Shown here: positions 49,901-62,334 of the stretch, one piece after another
How positions within the stretch are numbered: position 1 is the stretch's first letter
Layout: the number at the start of each line of letters is the position of its first letter
Origin: Thalia democratica
Taxonomy: Eukaryota
Length of the DNA stretch: 64,000 bases
Assembly: GCA_965202585.1 (NCBI GenBank)
Contig: OZ241830.1
Location: 26,784,001-26,848,000 of the forward strand
Reading direction: 5' to 3'
The notes under the pieces: generated by a model
Database searches by the model: none
What the model was told of the DNA's origin: nothing
The model's input: only the letters and a program-made list of their open reading frames with translations
Translations under genes and position numbers: made by a program

Positions 49901-50491
49901 GTATGTACAAATCTTTTTTGCTATAATGCATCAGCGCTATTGTAAAACTTATGCTACTTTATGATCATATAATGTTTTTTTAAACTTTAACTACAAGATG
50001 TTATGTTTTATCTAAATTGATAAATTTTAACAGTACAGTACTTAACTTTAAAATTAAAAAAAAAAAATTTCTCATCAGATACAAAATACTTCAAACTCAA
50101 AATGAAAAATTGAATAGGATTTATACTTTAATAATTTTCGCCATAACTGTTACATGGATTATTTCAATTGCCAAAATGGTTTCCTGGGATTCAGAAACAA
50201 AATATTTTCTGGCAGCTTTCTTTGTAATAATTGTCTTGCTTTTTATTGTTACAGCTATCGGAATTAAATTGGAAAGGTTAAAACAAATTATATTAAATTT
50301 TTACTTTTTCTTTTAAAGAACTTCATACATTTTTTTTCTTAATATAAATCTTTAAGCTATAAGCTGATAAAGTTTATGTTATTTTGTTGTATCATCCTAT
50401 TATACGTTTTACATTAGTATAAAAAGAAATATTGCTTTATAGAACGGAATACTTCAAAATGAAATTTGTTCCTTATACTGAAGAAAGTTAA
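46907..50491 (+). CDS. RING-CH (RINGv/MARCH-type) membrane E3 ubiquitin ligase with a long coiled-coil and acidic N-terminal extension, 428 aa predicted
   Basis: Phase-consistent exons 46907-47798, 49248-49307, 49534-49621, 50079-50276 and 50443-50491 give ...GNPSPICYICLNENDEQSISPCKCKGDTKLVHEECLIELVKSRPDTPECGICKYK (C4HC3), two TM helices (IYTLIIFAITVTWIISIA; YFLAAFFVIIVLLFIVTAIGI) and RTEYFKMKFVPYTEES stop. An acceptor ttttcag lies just upstream of the ATG, implying a 5' UTR exon. Confidence 0.85.
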
Positions 50492-51088
50492 TCTTGACCA
50501 AGTTTCGAAAGATCATTGCAGTTATTAGCATAAAGAGTAAACAAGTAAAGAACAAAATATCAAACAGCTTAATTGTAATTTGCTTTTTATACGTTAAACT
50601 TGTATTTTTATCTCCGTAAATAAATATTATTGTACACTTAATAAACTTTGTTTTGCTTCTGAAAATGTATTTCATGTCTTATTTTATTTTTATTCAAAAT
50701 TTAATAAAGTGTAAATTTGATTGTGGGTTTTTTTATCTTGAAAGCCAAATAAACTCATATAACAACTATACTAACATTCCAACCAGGTAAGCACTTTGAA
50801 CACAGTGTAAAAGTACCCAACCGGCAGTGCGCACCTCGAACATTTTGGTCTTTAATCACCTACATTAAGACTAACACAAACATACTACTAGCTACTAAAG
50901 TTTAAAAATTAATTTTAAAACAAAATGCCCATGACAAAAACTTTACGATAAAAACAAAACTTTTTTGTTGATAGTAGATTATAAGTCTTCAGTATTTTTA
51001 AATTTATGTAATCATGTATAAATATTTATGCAAGTAATATTTATTTTCAAAAAACAAAGTTTGTAACCTATGTTGTATTTCTTTGTAC

Positions 51089-52570
51089 CAGGGGCGTGTT
51101 TTGACTGGTTTCCTGTTAACCCCCTGAAAAAAAAAAAGAAAAAAATATTCTTAGAATATCACCAAAAACGTTGTTTACTGATTTTGTTTTGGTTATTTGA
51201 TAAACTTTAAATAATGAATGTTTGATTTAAAAAACTGAAAAATTATTTTTTTCCGTAACAAAAAATTCTCTTTTTTGCCCAGCTGAAATAGATTTCAAAT
51301 AAAACTTTAATTGTGACGTGATAGTAGGTTAAAGTTTTAAAGTATAATTTTTCTTCTAGGAAACTTTTTACTAAGATGCTCTTTGTTCCCATTATAAATT
51401 AATACTTAGTGTAAATAACTTTTGATAAATTATTTATTTTCAACTAGTAAGTACAGTTTTACTGAAAAAATGTCCAATATAATCACTAAAGTTTTATTTT
51501 ACCAAGTTTGTTGTATATATAATCATGTTGTGTGAAGCTTCTGTACTTTAAAATTTATATTTTTTGTTTATGTGTCCACCAACTGGGTTTAAACCTTAAA
51601 AAGTTCAGTTTAGAAAGTCTTCAAAATTATCTTTAATGGTGTTTCAATATTTTTTAATTTAAGTTGTTTTATTTTTGTATATTTGTTGGCCACAAATTTG
51701 GTTCATGATTTTTTGAAATTGTTAACTCAGAGAGATTTCAAAATCATTATTAGAATTCCTGCACCATCAGGCAAACATTTAATTATAATATAAAGATATT
51801 TTAATTTTGTTGTAAAAGTCTAAACATTTTTTGGTAATTATCTAGGATGATTTCGCACCAATATCAAGCTGAAATTATATTGTGTTTAATAATTACCATA
51901 AATTTAGGCTTAAAATCAATATTTTAAGCCTTATATGATTGATCTAAAATAGTTCTTCGTTTTATACAAGCTATAGAAATACATAGTTAGAATTAAGTTC
52001 ATTTGTTATTAACTAAGACACTTAATTGATTTTATTTTACAGTATAGGAATGTATATAAGTTGTTGTACCATTTACTTTATTTTAAAAATAAAAGCAATT
52101 AAATATATAAGTTTTATTGATTTATGATAAATAACTTTAATTTATGTATTTAAAAAAAAGATATTCTTAAAGCCTACATTTATGGTAAAAAACAACATTA
52201 AATTTAATATAATTTCAGCTTGATATTGGTGCTACATCTTCCTAAATAATTACCCATGTATTTAGTGAACTTTCAATTTTTATTGATTAAATTACTTAAA
52301 AAAATGTTTTTATTATAAATATAATTTTTTCCGGCTCCTTAGTTTCAATTTATCTAAATTTAATACAGTATAATAAATAAAAATATATAATACTACTTAT
52401 ATGTTTTTTTTTATTTCTAAGCAGAAAAAGTCATTTCAAACACAGAGTTTTTCGGCTAAATATTGCGTACTTAACTAGCAATGCATACCTAAGAAATGCG
52501 TAATTAAGCGGGAAGTTAAGAACAAAAAAAATTGTGAACCCCCTTTTAAAAAAGTCTAGACACGCCCCTG
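51089..52570. mobile_element. Non-autonomous hAT element, copy 1 (contains a nested long-TIR MITE at ~51832-52256)
   Basis: TIRs caggggcgtgt / acacgcccctg; TSD ctttgtac / ctttgtat. The nested inverted repeat caccaatatcaagctgaaattatatt / aatataatttcagcttgatattggtg is absent from copy 2. Confidence 0.85.
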
Positions 52571-54462
52571 CTTTGTATCTGAAAAACTTACAAAATCATA
52601 CAATTATTAACTTATTTAAAATATGAAAATATTTTTTTCAAACTGTTATCATGCTTTTATTAAACAGTTTATATTTGAAAAATTTAGTTTAAGTTTTTAT
52701 AATTTTACTCCTGCTTCCTTTTATTTTTCTTTTTTTTTTCCAAAAATATTACCTTTATTTTGCAGATGCTACGAGAAAATTTAAACGTACACTAAATCAG
52801 TGGGCCATTGTAAAAATTTGGAGGGCCATAACTGCAAAGGTGTGGTGCATAAGGCTATCATTTGAAAATTACTATATAAGTTGGTGATGGGGGCTACAAA
52901 ATATGATTTAGGGTTTTCGAGATGTCCAGAAAGGGGACATTACTTTTTTTTTTTCAAAGGAAGCCTTTTGAAGAAAGTTTGAGAAACACTGGTTCAAAAA
53001 TTTCTTAAAGTAAATATAACATATTCTGAAGAACAATGAAATTCGTAGAAATATTATTTCTAAGTGAGAATTTATGTAAAGCATAGTACAAAAAGTTACT
53101 TTACTTGTGTTCAAACTTTTGAGAAGCTTAATAATTAAGCTTCGTCAAACTTGTTAAACAGTCTGTTTTAATCTACGGCGCCAAATATACAAACTTATAA
53201 GAGTTTAACTAACTTAATTCTTTTTAAAGCCAAAATAACGTTAATTTTAAGCTATACTGAAGGCTGTACTTTTATTAATATTAACCAATAAATCAAAAGT
53301 TTTCTACTAAAAGAGTTGGTCATATAACTACATGTTTTGGTAAAGTTCACAAAAGTCTGTAAAAGTTTTTGATATCAACAGGATTTAGTTACTTTACAAT
53401 TGATTTCCATTTAACATGCAGTTTTTAATGATTAAAATCATATTAAGTAATGCATCAAGACTTTAAAAACCTCAACAACTTTGATCGATTTCAATTGTCT
53501 CGTTGACATGTTAAAACAATTTTTTTTTATTTTTGTTAAGTTAACTTTGTAAAGAGTATACCCAAAATCACTATGAATTTTTTTATATGAGCTGGACATA
53601 TATAAGTAAATAAAAAAATAAACTATCTTACGCTATTTAAAACAAATATTGATTTTGACGAAATTTTTATCTTTTTTTATTGTAATATTCCGACCTAAGG
53701 TTTTAGAAATAATGAATTCCATTTAATTTAAATACCATAGTGAATTTTAGCTTTAGTTTTGGCAAGCTAAGAGCTAAATGTTTTTAAACTCAATATGCAA
53801 AACTAAAAAATTGAACATCATATGAAAGATGCATTCCATCACAGTGTTAAATAAAAATGATAATAAAATATGTTATTCGAATGTTTGTTTTGAAGTACAA
53901 ATTAAACAGTTTTCTATATTTAAACAGTTGAATATATATGCTTTCTTTGATGGTAATAATATTTTAAAACACTCTGAATTTCCTATGATATACTTTTAAT
54001 ACAACATCGAGGTAAGAAAACCACACCCTAAGAGCCGAATCTTGACCACGACGTGTTGAAAGTTGAAATCAGTTTCTGCAAAAAATACAAACTTCACTTT
54101 TAATGTATTAAGTATTTTTTTATTTCATCTGGATATTTTTAAAATTTCGGAGACCAAAAAGACTGTGTTCCATCGAAAAAGTCCTATGGACGGCTTTCTA
54201 TAGTACAAATGGCCACTAACATACAAAATGACCCCTCGGACGGCATGTATAAACAAATAATTTTAGATAATTTTAACAGTTTTAACGCAAAAACTTTTTT
54301 TTTCTAATTTAGAAGTTTTGTAAGTTAAATTTTCTTATCTACTTATTTGTCTAATCTTTATGTGTACAAAACCTTTAAGAAATTACACCTACAAGCTATT
54401 ACTTTAAATTAAAAATTAAGTAAAATTATTTAATTTTACTTTTAAAATAACTTAGTCTGTTG

Positions 54463-55860
54463 CAGGGGCGTGTTTTAATTGGTTTCCTATTTCCTGTGAA
54501 CACCCTGAAAATAGAAAGAAGAAGAAAAAAAAATTCCTAGAACATCACTAAAAACGTTGTTTGTTGACTTTGTTTTGGTTATTTGATAAACTTTAAATAA
54601 TGAATGTTTGATTTATATAACTGAAAAATTATAAGTTTCCGTAACAAAAAATGCTCTTTTTTGCCCAGCTGAAATAGATTTCAAATAAAAATTTAATTGT
54701 GACGTGATAGTAGGTAAAAGTTTTAAAGTATAATTTTTCTTCTGGGAAACTTGTTCCCATTATAAATTAATACTTAGTGTAAATACCTTTTGATAAATTA
54801 TTTATAATCAACTAGTAAGTACAATTCTACTTAAAAAATGTCCATTATAATCACAAAATCTTTATTTTACTTAGTTGATTCTATATAAAAATGTTGAGTG
54901 AAAATTTTAAACCTTGAAAAGTTCAATTCAGAGAATTTTCGAAATCCTCTTTAGACCACTACTTAGCAATTTATTCTTTTATTATTTAATGGTATTTTAA
55001 TATGTTATTCAAATTATTTTAGTTTTGTATATCTGTTGGCCTCAGAGTTGATTTTTAATTTTTTGAAATTTTCAACTCAGAGATATTTCAAAACCATCAT
55101 TAGAATCTCTGCACCACCAGGCAAACATTTATTTATAATTTAAAAATATTTTAGTTTAATTTTATAAGTCCAAATATTTTTTTTTAGTGAAACTTCTATT
55201 TTATAAGTTCAATTACTTAAAAGAAATATTTTTATTTGAAATAGATATATAAACGTAAAGAGTTTAAAATTAAAAAAAACTTTGTAAGAACTCCATTATT
55301 ACTAACATTTAAATCAAAATTGAAATACATATATTTTTTAAATTTATTCTAGTTTTAATTATTTTATAATATTGTTTTGTGATAAAAAGGTTAATTTTTT
55401 AAAGAGTAAGTTAGTTATGTCTGTAACAGTTAAAGAGAAAAAAAAATGTTTTTAAACCTTTCACTGGAAAAAAATATTCAAATAAAGATGAGATGAATAG
55501 CAAGTGTATGTAATAAAAACTGTATGTAATATATTCGTTCTAAATAACATATTTGAATTTTGGTTTATAATTTGTAAGTTCTTAACTTTTTTCTGGTTCT
55601 TTTAGTTTAAATTTATCTAAATTAAATACAGTATAATGAATAAAAATATATTTTTTTTTCCATTACTACTTATATGTTTTTTTCAAATTTATAAGCAGAA
55701 AAAAGCATTTTAAACACAGAGTTTTTCGGCTAAATATTGCGTAGTACGCACATTGCGTACTTAACTGGCAGTGCATACCTAAGAAATGCGTACTTAAGTG
55801 GCAAATTAAGAACAATAAAGATTGTGAACCCTTTTTGAAAAACGTCTAGACACGCCCCTG
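54463..55860. mobile_element. Non-autonomous hAT element, copy 2
   Basis: Same TIRs; perfect 8-bp TSD gtctgttg; internal sequence colinear with copy 1. Confidence 0.9.
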
Positions 55861-58800
55861 GTCTGTTGTTGTTTACAAGCTTAAAAATAAAAATGAATTG
55901 TTAAAATCAAAACAAAAAAGATATTTTTTCATTTCTCTACAATTTTAAAAGCATTTAAAAAATAATTAGTCAGGAAGGCCGAAACTTAAAAAATATAAAA
56001 GAAATTAATTGCATAATAATAAAAATTCAAAAAACAAAAATAATGAAAAAAGTAATTTAGTTACAAAATATAACATGTTTGAAATCTGAATTACTTTTTC
56101 AGAGGTTTAGTTAAAAAAAAAACTAGCTCAAAAAAGCAAAAATATTCAAAATATTATTATGTAAGAAACATAGAGCAAAAAAACGGTTTTATTTATGACA
56201 AATGTAGTCTTTACCGAGTAAACTTAATTTCAAATGTTTCTGATGCTATTTATGTACTTTTTTGAGTAGTTTAAAGTTAATATGTTTTCAATACTTAACC
56301 ATATAAAGATTGTTTAGAAATATAATTAGACGAAACTTTAACTGTTTTTAATACTTTTCAGGGTTGCTAATTCTGCTACAACAATTTAATAATCAAACAA
56401 TTTAACAATACTTAAATATCATTTGGATGTGTAATATCATGTTCGAGTAATTTTTCAAAAAATTGTAGAAATGTTGGATTAGTAAATGATATGGCTGCAT
56501 TTCCTGTATATATACATCATTAATCTGTTAATTTAAATCCGTATAATCCTAAACTCAGCAAAAACTAATATTGATTTCTGTTAATTCAGTATAAAATTTG
56601 TTTATTACTATCTTATTTCGTGTAATTTATATTTTCATTAAAGTAAGACTTGTAAAATGTAGCCAAAGTTTTAATGTATGTTAGTTTTAATTACGCCTTT
56701 AGAATAATTTTGCAATTTAAAAAATTAGCCGAAATGTAGTCACAGGGTCCTATTATGGATTCTACTAAAAGGCATTTATATAATTTTTAAATACAAATAA
56801 TCTTACACATCCTGAACAAGACATCCAAATGATGTGCAACACGATAACCAAATGATTTTATTCCTACCAAAGGTTTTTTTTTGGTCCTTCGACTACAATT
56901 TTTGAGCGTTTTTTTTATCGTTCGATAAACATATATCAAAGACAAATTTTGAAATGTAGATATTTGCTAAAATTTAAAAATTAGTAGAATAAGTAGAAAC
57001 AATATATTTTTTTTATTTGTTAGACCCACAGTTTGTTATTAAACCTTTTTTTCCTGTTTAAGTACAAAATTAGTTTTTACATCTATACTTTTTTTTATAA
57101 TTTTTTTTTATAGTGGTTGTTATTATATTATTGCTTTTATATAAACTAATTGTCTAGTACCTTCTTATGTTAAATATAATTTTCATAACAAGTTATAGTT
57201 TATTGAACGACATACAAAAAAATTTCAAAAAACTTTGTCTTGGGACCTGGTGTAAGAAAATCCTTTGTTTTATTAACACAACGGATACCTTTTAATGTCT
57301 TGTCCAAGACAGTCGTTTTACGTTAGTTTAATTATTATTGGTAAGTAAACTAAATACGAAAAAGTATGGCAATTTTAGCAAAATATGCCAAAATAAAACA
57401 AACATAAAACTACTTCCCATTTTGCTTTATAGACTGTAGACTGAAAAGAGGATATTCTGTTTTTGACACAAAATGTACAATTTTCTAAACCTACATTGTT
57501 AGCAAAGATGATAAATTAGTAAATCTGTATGATCATTTAACTTAAGTATGTTTGTCACGCTTTAGATTATTTATGTTTAATTTAAACTTAAAGGCATACA
57601 ATCTTTGGTTTTTAATAATCAAGTAAAGACTAAGTTAAAGTATAAAACAATATTTAAAAAAACTACTGACCTTAAATATTTATAGTTAGACAAAATATTT
57701 TATAATTAGTTAAATTCTATTTTTGGTTTTAAAAAATAAGTCAAACAAGCTATACGCATTGAAATACATGTATGAAAATAATAGTCCGTATTTAATTTAC
57801 AACAAACATTGACAAATATAAGACAAAATTTGATTTTTCAACTCAAAATGTTGGCTTTACTGGGTAAAAAAATGAAAACTTTGGTTGAAGTAAATCAAAA
57901 AGGCAAAACATGTTTTGAAGCTGGATATACACAGTTTATTTCAAATTGTTGTACTATTCTCACTTTTATAATTTTTTTTTCAACCAAGAGCTGCTTCTAA
58001 GAAAAAAATAATTATAAGAAAAAATTAAACAATTACTTATGATGTTTGGAAAACAACTTATTAAATTTTCCCTAAGTATTTTTAAATGATTCTGTTAATA
58101 TAGTTTTCCACTAACTTTATTTAATTAGTTTAATTGATTTTTACATAACTCAAAAAGTGTAAGTAAATATTTTAATTTTTTTTTACTCTTAAAAATTTAT
58201 AAAATATAGATTAATCATATACATCAGCTCTGTAATCAAGAAAAAGTTATCTTGAAATATGTTGAATCAGTCTTAAAAATCAAGGTTAAAACGTAAGCTT
58301 AGCCTCGTATAAAATGTCTCGTTCAGGTATAAATTGATATCAAAACAAATATAAACAAAACCAATTATGTACTAAAACTTTTTGAATACACAGTGTTATA
58401 TGTAGTTTTCTAAAATTATAATACTTAGCATAATAGGTTTAGATAAAGGTAGATATTTGTTTGTGGTGAATCTTTCCGTAGTGAATTTAAATTACACTTA
58501 CTTCATGAAAAAAGATACAATTACATAAACTGTTACCATTAAACCTAATAAATATTAACATGGTTTTTGTCTAGGTATAGAAAGGTATTATAACTTTGTA
58601 AAGTAAAAAACTTTGTAAAGTATACTTAGGTTATAGACATGCCGAAATGCTTGTGTTTATAAAACAAATGAAGAAAATAAAGTAATTTTCTTAGTTTGTC
58701 ATTTTACTGTTTTTAAACTGATAGTATAAGAACAACAACTATTTAAACTAATTTAAGTGTTTAAGCAATAAGTCATACATACAAAAACTAACTATATTTT

Positions 58801-61199
58801 TAACAAGACTGAATGAAACAGTTTACAGTATAACTCATTCATGCTAATTAGGAAATAAAAAATAGTAAGTGTATATAAAAAAAAATTAAATATTTATAAA
58901 AATAGCTACTTACATATGTTTAAAGCTTTAAGTAGAAAAGTATTAAAATCAAAAGTTTAAACCTTGGATAATTATATACCTTGAATGAATATTATAAAAA
59001 CTTTCATATAATTAATAGTGTGTAAAAAATAATTTTCAATTAAAATTTGACTTTTAACCATTTTTCGTTTATTAAAGTTACCTAGTAAACAAGTTTTAAA
59101 AAGTAACAAAACTATCAGTAATTTAAGATGAATTATGGTAATAAACAAAGTTATATATGTTACTAAACAAATAATAAATTGTGCTGAAAGAAATCTAAAC
59201 GCTATTAACAAATAAAAGTTAAAAAACTACTATATTTACATATTACTATGCTATTTTTCAAATATAATTTTCAGACCTGTTTTTCAAATGTTTTTTGAAT
59301 ACTTTTTATTATTTTATAGTTCTTCAGTCACTACCTAAACCAGAAATTAGCAGTATTTTATTAGCAACGGGCTAGATTTAATAAATGCTTAATGCGTGCT
59401 AAATTATTTTTTAACGGTACTTATTAGTACTAAAAAAGGTATGTAAGCCTTAAATTGTAAGGTATATATTCTGTTTTCGAAGGGTGTAGTTTAAAAAACT
59501 ATATGTACTTCTTTAACTGGTAAAAAACAAATATCTATGTATACCTTTATAACTTATACAGTTTAAGTGCATATGAAAAGACTTTTAAGTGGATCTAGTA
59601 GTAGCATACTAATACTCGTATAAATACAAAAATGAACATTACATTAAGCTTAACCTTAAGTCTTTGCGTTTTTTCATCTTTTATGAAAATCCTAAAAATA
59701 ACAATAAGAACCAGAAATAAGATATAGTGACATTGCAAATATCAGCAGAAAACAATGGTTTCGTACAGTTAGTAGATATTTGTTATTTCAATAGTAGTCA
59801 GCAGATTTAAGAAAACATCAAAGCCTGAATTTTCTTGGCAATACAGTCTTTTTCCTCTTGATTACGCACTCCAAGCATAGTAAAACAATAAGTTCTTTTC
59901 TATACGGAAAACTATGGTTTTTACTAGTGGTTTTGGCTCAAAAGTGTTTACTCAAATAAAACTGCTGTATTAGTACTTCACTCATTTTGGTAAAAGGTAA
60001 AAAACAATGAGGATTTATAAAAACTTTGTTTCACAGAGCTATATAAATCTGATCATCTAAACTTTATCGGTTTAAATTAATATAATAAAAGAGTTACTAT
60101 AAAAGAATGGATACACAAACTCTTAGTTGAAAATTTATTAAAACTGTTTAAACTCATTCAAAACGGTATTTGAAAATGATAACAAAATAACACTATATGG
60201 TTAGCGCACAAATGTCTAGTTTTATAAGTTTTTCATGTGTAAATTTTAAATTAACCCAAATTGAAGAAAATATCTAAGTTTGCTGAAAAAATATACTATG
60301 TAGCTAAACCAAGATTTAATTTACTTTTAATTATATTATCAGTCAACAAAAAAAAACTTTTACTCAACTAATAAAATAGTTATGTGGTCTACATATATAT
60401 ATTTTTTTTAAACTAAACCATAATGGTTCCTTTTTTTTCAATTTGTTTAAATGTTCTTATCTTAATAATTAAAGTTAGAGATAACTTTTGTTAACTTTAT
60501 TTAGAAGTTTCTGTTTTATTTGGAATGTTTTTTATTGGTTATTTGTTTGTATTTATTTAACAACTATGATTACTTATAATTAGAACAAAAACTTCACAAG
60601 TTTAAAATTAGCAGTATTTTATTTTAAATTTGTACATTCTGATGAAGATTTTTTTTTTAATGTACAAGCTATTAACTAAAAAATACATAGTTTTGTTTAT
60701 ATCAACAAGGTAAAAAAACAAAATAGTTGCTAAAAAATTCTATGTTCTTTAAAAATACAATCAGTAAAACCAACAACACTCAAAATAAAAATAATAACTA
60801 AGAAAAAGATAAAAATTATCTAGTTTTTTTAATTAATTAGACAACTATCAGTGTAATATGCTTTTAGTTTTGATTTATATACATTTAGTTCATTTGTTAT
60901 TGAATATGTTAACTTGAAGTACTAAGCTCCTTTAAAAAATCTAAAACGAGAACTTTTAATTTCAAAACATAAAAAAACTTAAAATTTGTTTCACACAAGG
61001 TTCTTAGCCTTATCTTTTTCCAAGTAAATTGTTTTTTTAGCTTTATAGTTAATGTGTTTAAACTAGTGAGTCTTTATTAAAATCTTATAGACCGCTAAAC
61101 GACCTTATAACGACGTCCTATGAAAAACCGGCTTTATTCATCTCGATGAATTCAAATGTTCCAAACAACCAAGTAAGAAAAAGTTTAGAAGAAGAAACG

Positions 61200-61760
61200 C
61201 CATATTGGAAAACAATTCCTCCAGCTAATAAATACGCATGTCCCTGAAGGATCCAAGCTGCTGAAAACATTTTACAAAAACGCGGTCAAGATCACGTATA
61301 GCTGATTTATTAACCTGCAACCAATCATCCTAGCACACAATAAAAAATGTTATTCAAATCAAGCTAGACTTCTAAATTTTTCAACTGTAAAAATACCATC
61401 CAATGTCTGTTTTACGGTCAATGCCTACAAAAAGGGATATACAAAGCCACAGCTTCACACCAAAACAAAATTAAAGAGTACATAAGCTTCACTGTTGTAT
61501 CTTTCAAGACCAGATACAACCAGCACAAACCCAGCTTTAAGCCAAAAACATACACCCAGATAACGTTGCCGGCGTACACAAAGAGAAATAGCCCAAACTA
61601 CAGCAATATCTCATGATCAATCATGTAAAAAACCAAATGCAACTACCCCCTCCCTCAGAAACCAGAAGCGTGTCTTATACTTAAATTGGAATGAATTTTC
61701 ATCTCAGAGTCTAACATAGAAAGATAAAAGGATTAATGAACAGAGCTCGCTGCCCTGTTC
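61200..61760 (+). mobile_element. Penelope-like element remnant (end of RT/thumb and GIY-YIG endonuclease)
   Basis: Decayed translation HIGKQFLQLINTHVPEGSKLLKTFYKNAVKITYS*FINLQPIILAHNKK ... NCKNTIQCLFYGQCLQKGIYKAT...KEYISFTVVSFKTRYNQHKPSF..., matching the recalled PLE pattern (C..C.GxCL..xIYxA..YIG.T..FK.RY..H..SF). Confidence 0.85.
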
Positions 61761-62334
61761 CCCCAATTCAAATTGTCCTATTTTAATTAGGTTATGTTTT
61801 TTGTAATATAGTTAATGTTTTTTTAACTCGCCATTTATTAATTATTTTAATCTTTTTATTTTTTTTTTTTATTTTGTCGTAAATGCTTAATTTAACTAAG
61901 TTGTATTTTGGATGAATTTCGTCCTAACACTTACTAATACTTTTTTATTTATTCTGTTTTTATGTATTAAGTGTTTTATATCGTCGTTTATCTATTTTAC
62001 CTAAATATCTGTCATAAGGTTTTGAAACTTTAGTCGTACTAATAAACGTTTGGTAACTAAACCTTGTGTTATAAGTGCGTCTCTATTAGTAACTTTTAGT
62101 ACCTAATGTATAAAAACTCATTAAATGTGTATCAATGAGGCTTGTTGTTAGGCCACAAGAAAAAGCTAATAATAAAAGACTGAATGTTGTAATTGAATAA
62201 CAATATTCTAAAACTCAAAATTTTGGTTCTAAAACAACAACAAAACAACAAATACCATAAATTTAAGTTTATTTCTAAATTAATAATTTTACTAAAAACT
62301 TATTATATAAGTAGCTATTAATGTTGTCTAAAGT

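Noticed and set aside
52799-54219. Possible TIR element (cagtgggccatt / aatggccactaa) with an exon-like patch at ~54000-54085
   Set aside because: TIRs are short and imperfect, there is no TSD, and no interpretable protein.
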